Shown: one piece after another, positions 25,328 to 32,000 of the stretch
Position numbering within the stretch: position 1 is the first letter of the stretch
Layout of the letters: each line of letters opens with the position of its first letter
Assembly: GCF_000009705.1 (NCBI RefSeq)
Contig: NC_003276.1
Location: 90,001-122,000, forward strand
DNA: 32,000 nucleotides
Direction: 5' to 3'
Source of the DNA: Nostoc sp. PCC 7120 = FACHB-418
GTDB taxonomy: Bacteria; Cyanobacteriota; Cyanobacteriia; Cyanobacteriales; Nostocaceae
Notes under the pieces: generated by a model
What the model was told of the DNA's origin: nothing
What the model saw: the letters and a program-made list of their open reading frames with translations, nothing else
The model's database searches: none
Program-made: the position numbers and the translations under genes

Positions 25328-28300
25328 AGTTAATCGCAATTTTATTTGACAGAGTGGCAATTTGAACGGCAGTATTCGCCCCTATACCGTCAACATCAAA
25401 CAACAGAGCGCCAGTTGCTTGATTGTAGATAAAGCGATCGCTTCCATCTTGTGCAGATGAACCCAAGACAAATTGTGATGCGTCCAGATTACCAGCTACA
25501 AGCCCACTACCGAACCCAGCAGCATTGACACGAATTTTGTCATCAGCAACGCTAAAGTCTGTAATGGTGTCAATGCCATCAGCAAGAGAAGAGAAGCTAA
25601 AAATATCTTTCCCACTACCACCAGTTAAGCGATCGTTACCGCTACCACCGACGAGAATATCATCACCGTCATTGCCAGTTAAGTTGTCATTACCTCCGAA
25701 ACCAAAAATGGTATCGTTGCCAGCACCACCAGAGACATTATCACTGCCATTGCCACCTATAAAAGTATCGTCGCCACCTCCCAGGTCAACAATTGCATTT
25801 TGGTAGCTTCCTAATAGTGTAATTACATCATTACCGCCTTGAGCGTTATTAACTGGCTCATCACCCTTCATGTTGATGAAGAACTTGCTATTATTCATCG
25901 TTACTGTAATGTTATCGTCGCCGTAGCCTCCAGTAATCTTGCCATCAGAACGTGGGGAGTTGTTGGGATTACTATCATTATCCCAGTTGGCAGCAAAAGT
26001 AACGTTGATTGTATCGTTGCCTAAACCACCATGCGCTCCTAAGATTCCATCTGGATCGGTAATTGCATCATCTCCATCACCGCCAAACAACCGATCAAAT
26101 CTTCCAATCCCACCATCTATTGTGTCATTCCCAGCTAAACCTTCTATATAATCATCACCACCAAAGCCGTTGAGAACATCTGCACTAGATGTACCAGAAA
26201 GGGAATTATTAGTATCATTACCAGGATTGATATTGGAGGCTGTTACTGTCAACGCAAAAATGTCTGTAACAGTAGTTCCTTGATTATCGCTGGCTGTAAC
26301 TTTGATATTCAAAATACCCGCATTGTTAGTAGTAGGATTGCCGCTAAAGGTACGAGTATCAGTATTAAAATTCAACCAACTTGGTAAGGGATCACCATTT
26401 TCTAAGGTGGTGCTGTAGCTGAGGATATCACCAGTATCTACTTCAGAGAAAGTATTTTCGGGAATGGTAAAGGTGAAGGTATTATTGGCTGCAACGGCTT
26501 GATCAGCGATTGCATTCGCTAGTATCGGTGCGTCATTGGTATTAGCAACTGTCAAGGTAAAGACATCACTAACATTTGCACTAGACTTATCAGTTGCAAT
26601 AACTTTAATGTTGAGTGTGCCAACCTCGCTATTAATTGGCGTACCAGCAAATGTGCGGTTAGTGGGATTAAACGTTAACCAACTTGGTAAAGCCGCACCT
26701 TCTTCTAAAGTTGCCGAGTAAGCTAGGATATCGTCTGCATCTACATCAGCAAAGGTATTCACCGGGATGATGAAGCTGAAGGTACTGTCTTCAGTGGCAG
26801 TTTGGTCAGCGATCGCATTCTCTAGTGTGGGTGCATCATTAGTATTAAGGACTGTCAGGGTAAAAACATTACTAGCACTTGCTTGGGATTTGTCAGTAGC
26901 GATGACTTTAATACTGAGTGTATCAACTTCGCTGTTGGTTGGTGTGCCGCTAAAGGTTCTAGTTGCTGCATCAAAGGTTAACCAACTTGGTAATTCATCA
27001 CCATTTTCTAATGTCGCTGTATAAGTTAGGGTGTCGCCTGTATCAACGTCGTTGAAAGCATCAGCAGGAATTTGGAAGTTGAAAGCTGTGTCTTCTGTCG
27101 CTGTTTGGTTTGCGATCGCATTTGCTACAGTTGGTGCATCATTAGTGTTAATTACTGTCAGGGTGAAGATATCACTTAGGCTTGCACCAGCATTATCAGT
27201 TGCGGTGACTTTAATATTGATTGTGCCAACTTCATCGTTAGTTGGTGTACCGCTAAATGTACGAGTGCTGGGATTGAAGTTTAACCAATTTAGTAAATCT
27301 GCACCGTCTGCTAATGTTGCACTGTAAGTTAGGGTATCGCCTGCATCTACATCAGCAAAGGTATTAGCTGGGATAGTGAAGGTAAAGGCGCTGTCTTCAG
27401 TTGCAGTTTGATTGGCAATCGCATTTTCTAATGTCGGTGCGTCATTAGTATCACTATTAGCCACCGTCAGGGTGAAGACATCACTTACACTTGCACCAGC
27501 ATTGTCAGTTGCGGTAACTCTGATATTGACTGTGCCAACTGAGTTGTTAGTGGGTGTACCAATAAATGTGCGGGTGCTGGGATTGAAGCTTAACCAATTT
27601 GGTAAATTTGCACCGTCTGCTAATGTTGCGCTGTAAGTTAGGGCATCACCTGCATCTACATCAGTAAAGGTATTAGCTGGGATAGTGAAGGTAAAGGCTG
27701 TGTCTTCGGTTGCAGTTTGATTGGCGATCGCATTTGCTAGAGTTGGTGCATCATTAACAGCCGTAATCTCTAAAGTAATAGTTTGAGATGCTGTACCACC
27801 TTTGCCGTCACTGACGGTGTAACTGAAACTTCCAGCACTGCCATTGGCGTTGACAACTGAGACAAAAACTAAGCTTGTCAGTTGTTGAGTAGTTAGGGTT
27901 GTGTTAACAGTGACAACTGTGTTATCAGGTAAGCGAATTATGCCTTTGCTTGCTTCTGGAACGGCGGTTATAGTGATAGTTAAGAGATCGTTATCTGTAT
28001 CAGTTGGGGTTGCGATCGCTAAAGGAGTAGTTACAGAATCTTCTGCAACTGTCAAAACTTTATTTGCCTGGGTTACAGGAGCCTGATTTGCGGAATTACC
28101 AAACAGTTTGTTTAAAATATCAGTACCAGAAAGGTTATCAACCTTTTCAATAAATCCTGTACCTGCACTACTGGAATTGAAGAAATTTATTATACTTAAA
28201 TCACTTTCTGGGGTTGTGATACCATCTTGATTTAAGTCAATGAGTAGCGTGGTTCCAAGTCTTTGTATTCCGGCCGTACCAATAGTTGGTGTAGATAGCG

Positions 28301-31300
28301 AGAGATTGATATCTGTAAGGTCGAGAGTATCGTTTTCTCCGTCATCTTCAATTTTGCTGCCTCCAGCAGTTTGGGCTGCCAAGATATAAGTATCATTGCC
28401 TAAACCAGCTTTGAGAGTATCTGCACCGCCGCCACCTGTGAGTTTATCATCAAGATTGCCACCTAATAATTCATCACCGTAGCGAGTTCCAGTAATATCA
28501 AAACGTTCGATATTACTGTAGCGAACATGACTTGGCCCCCAAGTAGAAATTTCACCACTTCCGGTGGCTAAGTCTAAAGAGTTATAGCGAACGCCGATAT
28601 CAACGTAAGAAGACAGAGCAAGGGAACCGTAAAGCCCGTGATTGCTTGTTTCATCACGATTAACTGTAGTAACGAGAGTTGCTTGTCCAGTTTTATAAGG
28701 ATCTGCGACGTATAAGCCGTATGAACCATAACCTTGATTATCTGCATTAATAGCTTTGATAAACGCTACTTTTGCTCCATCAGCAGCTAACACTGGCTCA
28801 GATCCACCAACAACCCTAAAATCATAGCTTTCTGCTACTTGCTGAATTTCTGTACTGTTTGTGCTACTAACAGATAGGAAATATCTGTCTTGCCAGATAG
28901 CTTTTATTCCATCACTACTGGATAAGCTAAGATTGCCGTCCACTAATGATTTTACGACTGGAAGACTGGTACTGGTACTAGCTGACCAAATGCCATATTT
29001 TTCTCCTTGATATCCAGCCCAGATAATTTGAGAACCATTTTCTGAGAGAAAGCTTTTAGTAGAACTTTGGGTTATCTCGCGGATATTTGTACCATCCGTA
29101 TTGGCAACCAAAAGTTGATTCCCATTGTTCCAAGAAACTTGACTGCCATCACCTGAAAGGGACAAGCTGTATATATAGCCGTTGATATTATTCAGATTAA
29201 TCCTAATCTTTTCAGTTCCGTTGGTATTAGCTACATAAACCCGCCATCCGTCACTCCAAGCTATCTTTTCGCCGTCTGTTGAGAGCGCAATTTCAGTGGC
29301 AATTTCATCAATTTTTACAAGGCCACCAGAATCATCTATTTTTTTGATCCATAGACCATTAGCTGGGTCGTTATAGTTTATATACGTGTAATAAGCATAA
29401 GTTGTACCGTCAGCAGAAAGAGCAAATTTATCACTAACAGAATTGGTTTCTCTAATTTTTAGTGGAGTTCCCAAACCGTAGGCATTACCGATGAAAAACT
29501 TTTGAAGATAGTTACCTGATGTGCCAGAGAGAGTCCTCCAAGCTACGGCACGAGTATTTAAATTAGAGTAGTCCAACACTAAAACATCTGTGCCTGCACC
29601 GCCATCAACAACATCATTACCCCAACCCGGAGTCAGGGTATCGTTGCCGTTTCCTCCCTGGAGTGAATCATTGCCATCTTCACCGTTGAGGAAATCGTTG
29701 CCATCCTGCCCCCATAAGGTGTCATTACCAGCACCACCACTCAAGGTATCGTTACTTAACCAACCATCAATAAAGTCATCTGCCGCGCTACCAGAAATCG
29801 TATCATCGCCAACTTGTAATTTGCTGAGAATCTCAGCACCAGCTAAATTAGCGACGGTTTCAATAAAACCTGTTCCAGCACCAGTTCCAACAGTATCAAA
29901 GAAGTTGAGAATGGTGAGGTCAGTTTTGGAAGCAGCAATTCCGTCTTTGTTGAGGTCAATTATTAAGCTTGTACCAGCCCGTCTCATCCCGAAAATTCCT
30001 GTTGTTGGAACTGCTAAGGAGAGATCAGCATCTGTAATTCTTGGGGTATTCGTAGCGCCAGGATTCCTTGTTGTCAGCCTTAAAGTATCTGTACCCCCAG
30101 CATCCTCGATTTGACTTCCGCCAGCATTTTGAGTATCGAGAATATAAATATCATCGCCTAAGCCCGCTTTGAGGGTATCTGCACCACCGCCACCCATAAG
30201 TGAATCATCAAGGTTGCCGCCGAATAACTCATCGCCATAGCGAGTTCCGATAATGTCGAACCTTTCAAAATTGCTGTAGCGGATGCGACTTGGCCCCCAA
30301 GTGTAAATTTCACCGCTACCTGTAGCTGGGTCAAAGGAGTTATAGCGAACGCCAAGATCAACATAGCTAGATAAAGCATGACCTCGACCAATACCTATAT
30401 TGGGTGAAGAAGCATCAATGAGAATTTGAGGCTCTATGCCATCTATGTCACCTACGTACAGAGAATAGTCGGAACCATTAAATTTAGTAAAAACAACTCT
30501 TCTGCTGTCTCCTGCTAGAGATTGTTGGGCAAATTCTCCAACTTCTTCGGTGTTAGGAACAACCCAGAAGCGAGAACCATCTGTAGTAGCTGCATAGAGA
30601 TTGGTTGAAGCGTAGCCGGCTCCTTGATAACCTGCCCAAACAACTGTAGAACCATCAGCAGATATAGAGGGGTTAATATTATACCCATAAAGATTACCTG
30701 AAAGTTCTCTGATGTTAGTGCCATCTGTATTAGCAACCCATACCCCACCTGGGCCATACCCTCCATCCTGAGACCAAGTAATTTTAGAACCATCGGCAGA
30801 AAGATCGAGTTCACGAACACCACCGCTACCGGTAGGTATGTTAATCTGTCTTAAATTTTTACCATCAGCGTTAGCAATGAAAATTGTGTAGGTAAATTTG
30901 TTGTCGTTACGTTTACTACGTAACCACGCGATAGTGCTACCATCCTCTGAAATAGTCGCTAAGTAGTCACCATCGCCATAGCCAATGTTTATACTTAACT
31001 TGGTCAGTTGTCGAACTTGAGTTCCGTTAGTATTAGCAATCCAAATACTATCCCCTTGACTCCAAACAACTTTGCTGCCATCTTCTGAAAGCAGAGGTTG
31101 ATAAACCTGATTATTAGGAATGACTCTCACGGCCGGGTCTGAGCTATGAATCTTCTTAACCCAAAGACCTTGATTGCCACTACCATTGCTTCCCAATATT
31201 CCAGAACCTGCAACCGTTAACCCATCTGCCGAAAGAGTAGCATGATAATTGCCAGATACATTTATATCAGTCTTGATGGGTGCGCCAATCCCATAAGCAT

Positions 31301-32000
31301 TAGCGACATAGACAAACCAATCGCTAGTATTTGGATCTAGTTCTGACCAAGCGACAGCCTGCGTGGGTAAAGAAGAATAATCAATGACTAAGGTATCTGT
31401 ACCAGTACCCCCATCAATGACATCATCTCCCCAGCCAGGGCTGAGTCTGTCATCGCCTGCACCACCACTAATAAAATCGTTACCCTCGCCACCATCAAAT
31501 TCATTATTGTCCTCATCACCAATTAAGGTATCGTCATATCGAGAACCAACAATTTGTTCGATAGATTGAAAGACATCATCGGCTGCATCTCCCGTTGATA
31601 CCTGAGTTACTAAGTTAATAGAGATAGCACTGGTAGCACTTGTATAACTAGCAGTATCAAAGCCTGCACCACCATTAAGGATGTCTGCACCTGCACCACC
31701 ATCTAACCAATCATCACCATCATCGCCATAAACGAAATCATCCCTATCACCACCATAAAGACGATCCCAATCTGCACCTCCACGAATTGTGTCACTCCCA
31801 CTACCTCCGTAGATTAAATCTTCTCCAGCACCGCCTTTTAAGTCGGCGGAAATTTCAATATCTGGTTTGATCTCAATAGTGTCATTTTTTGTACCGCCAT
31901 CAGCAATTATCTTGCTAACACCACTATAAGTCTGTGGAATGTTAAACGCAGAAACAGTCAATTTTCCATCGGTTGTGAAAACGGTAAAAACTTCTGCACC
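25305..32000 (-). CDS. giant RTX-type calcium-binding exoprotein with TolB/PD40-like beta-propeller modules and cadherin-like repeats (>2218 aa, 5' end outside the window)
   Basis: The frame stays open upstream of the track's TTG to the window edge. Many GGxGxD nonapeptide repeats occur at the N-terminal region, mid-protein and C-terminal region. Repeated ...SADGSKITWSQ...VWVANTDGTNIRE... blades are present. There are five NDAPT...FTLTV repeats. The tail ...DKIRVNAAGFG...DRFIYNQATGALLFDVDG... is typical of T1SS-secreted RTX proteins. Confidence 0.9.
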   Translation of the reverse strand, partial: GAEVFTVFTTDGKLTVSAFNIPQTYSGVSKIIADGGTKNDTIEIKPDIEISADLKGGAGEDLIYGGSGSDTIRGGADWDRLYGGDRDDFVYGDDGDDWLDGGAGADILNGGAGFDTASYTSATSAISINLVTQVSTGDAADDVFQSIEQIVGSRYDDTLIGDEDNNEFDGGEGNDFISGGAGDDRLSPGWGDDVIDGGTGTDTLVIDYSSLPTQAVAWSELDPNTSDWFVYVANAYGIGAPIKTDINVSGNYHATLSADGLTVAGSGILGSNGSGNQGLWVKKIHSSDPAVRVIPNNQVYQPLLSEDGSKVVWSQGDSIWIANTNGTQVRQLTKLSINIGYGDGDYLATISEDGSTIAWLRSKRNDNKFTYTIFIANADGKNLRQINIPTGSGGVRELDLSADGSKITWSQDGGYGPGGVWVANTDGTNIRELSGNLYGYNINPSISADGSTVVWAGYQGAGYASTNLYAATTDGSRFWVVPNTEEVGEFAQQSLAGDSRRVVFTKFNGSDYSLYVGDIDGIEPQILIDASSPNIGIGRGHALSSYVDLGVRYNSFDPATGSGEIYTWGPSRIRYSNFERFDIIGTRYGDELFGGNLDDSLMGGGGADTLKAGLGDDIYILDTQNAGGSQIEDAGGTDTLRLTTRNPGATNTPRITDADLSLAVPTTGIFGMRRAGTSLIIDLNKDGIAASKTDLTILNFFDTVGTGAGTGFIETVANLAGAEILSKLQVGDDTISGSAADDFIDGWLSNDTLSGGAGNDTLWGQDGNDFLNGEDGNDSLQGGNGNDTLTPGWGNDVVDGGAGTDVLVLDYSNLNTRAVAWRTLSGTSGNYLQKFFIGNAYGLGTPLKIRETNSVSDKFALSADGTTYAYYTYINYNDPANGLWIKKIDDSGGLVKIDEIATEIALSTDGEKIAWSDGWRVYVANTNGTEKIRINLNNINGYIYSLSLSGDGSQVSWNNGNQLLVANTDGTNIREITQSSTKSFLSENGSQIIWAGYQGEKYGIWSASTSTSLPVVKSLVDGNLSLSSSDGIKAIWQDRYFLSVSSTNSTEIQQVAESYDFRVVGGSEPVLAADGAKVAFIKAINADNQGYGSYGLYVADPYKTGQATLVTTVNRDETSNHGLYGSLALSSYVDIGVRYNSLDLATGSGEISTWGPSHVRYSNIERFDITGTRYGDELLGGNLDDKLTGGGGADTLKAGLGNDTYILAAQTAGGSKIEDDGENDTLDLTDINLSLSTPTIGTAGIQRLGTTLLIDLNQDGITTPESDLSIINFFNSSSAGTGFIEKVDNLSGTDILNKLFGNSANQAPVTQANKVLTVAEDSVTTPLAIATPTDTDNDLLTITITAVPEASKGIIRLPDNTVVTVNTTLTTQQLTSLVFVSVVNANGSAGSFSYTVSDGKGGTASQTITLEITAVNDAPTLANAIANQTATEDTAFTFTIPANTFTDVDAGDALTYSATLADGANLPNWLSFNPSTRTFIGTPTNNSVGTVNIRVTATDNAGASVSDVFTLTVANSDTNDAPTLENAIANQTATEDSAFTFTIPANTFADVDAGDTLTYSATLADGADLLNWLNFNPSTRTFSGTPTNDEVGTINIKVTATDNAGASLSDIFTLTVINTNDAPTVANAIANQTATEDTAFNFQIPADAFNDVDTGDTLTYTATLENGDELPSWLTFDAATRTFSGTPTNSEVDTLSIKVIATDKSQASASNVFTLTVLNTNDAPTLENAIADQTATEDSTFSFIIPVNTFADVDADDILAYSATLEEGAALPSWLTFNPTNRTFAGTPINSEVGTLNIKVIATDKSSANVSDVFTLTVANTNDAPILANAIADQAVAANNTFTFTIPENTFSEVDTGDILSYSTTLENGDPLPSWLNFNTDTRTFSGNPTTNNAGILNIKVTASDNQGTTVTDIFALTVTASNINPGNDTNNSLSGTSSADVLNGFGGDDYIEGLAGNDTIDGGIGRFDRLFGGDGDDAITDPDGILGAHGGLGNDTINVTFAANWDNDSNPNNSPRSDGKITGGYGDDNITVTMNNSKFFINMKGDEPVNNAQGGNDVITLLGSYQNAIVDLGGGDDTFIGGNGSDNVSGGAGNDTIFGFGGNDNLTGNDGDDILVGGSGNDRLTGGSGKDIFSFSSLADGIDTITDFSVADDKIRVNAAGFGSGLVAGNLDASQFVLGSSAQDGSDRFIYNQATGALLFDVDGIGANTAVQIATLSNKIAINSTSIVIV
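26241..27755 (-). repeat. five tandem ~303-bp coding repeats (cadherin-like / putative Ig-type domains) inside the giant gene
   Basis: The NDAP(T/I) unit boundary recurs with period ~303 nt, visible as ggtgc(a/g)tcatt on the plus strand at ~26528, 26831, 27133, 27436 and 27745. Units 1 and 2 are the most similar to each other. Confidence 0.85.

Noticed and set aside
26241-27755. Regular ~303-bp periodicity that could superficially suggest a repeat array or CRISPR
   Set aside because: The units are contiguous with no spacers, are far longer than CRISPR repeats, and are in frame within one ORF. They are protein-domain repeats.
25525-31569. Many plus-strand ORFs (P/S/L-rich or V/A/L-rich, some periodic) across the giant gene
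   Set aside because: They are antisense translations of GGxGxD and NDAPT repeats. Their periodicity mirrors the coding repeats of the minus-strand ORF.

Overview
The window looks like an accessory region from a filamentous (Nostocales-type) cyanobacterium. Support: at least 8 HIP1 palindromes (GCGATCGC), a PEP-CTERM protein, pentapeptide-repeat genes and a Uma2 gene. All family names here are recognised by eye from motifs; nothing was searched.

Left third (0.7-11.2 kb): a decaying mobile/defence patch. It holds two near-identical 1677-bp IS copies, each with its own 8-bp target duplication. One splits an AIPR/Abi-like gene; the other sits 18 bp upstream of a membrane-protein gene pair. A third, decayed IS4-superfamily element splits a GNAT gene. 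The patch also carries a degraded Uma2 nuclease gene, an HNH gene, a small gene with an in-frame TGA and a FAD-monooxygenase remnant.

Middle: a PEP-CTERM exoprotein, a di-haem cytochrome c-type protein, a short relic of a second AIPR-like gene, an NCS2 purine permease and an acidic hypothetical protein.

Standout (17.97-25.33 kb): a co-directional cluster of two pentapeptide-repeat proteins, two paralogous membrane-embedded NACHT NTPases and a truncated third NACHT start. The C-terminal parts of the pentapeptide proteins and the extreme N-termini of the NACHT proteins carry the same ~24-aa G/N/Q-rich motif. That is the genetic layout of NLR/effector amyloid-type or adaptor-type signalling, but I do not recognise these effector and sensor modules as described.

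Right end: a >2218-aa RTX / beta-propeller / cadherin-like repeat exoprotein gene on the minus strand, running off the window.
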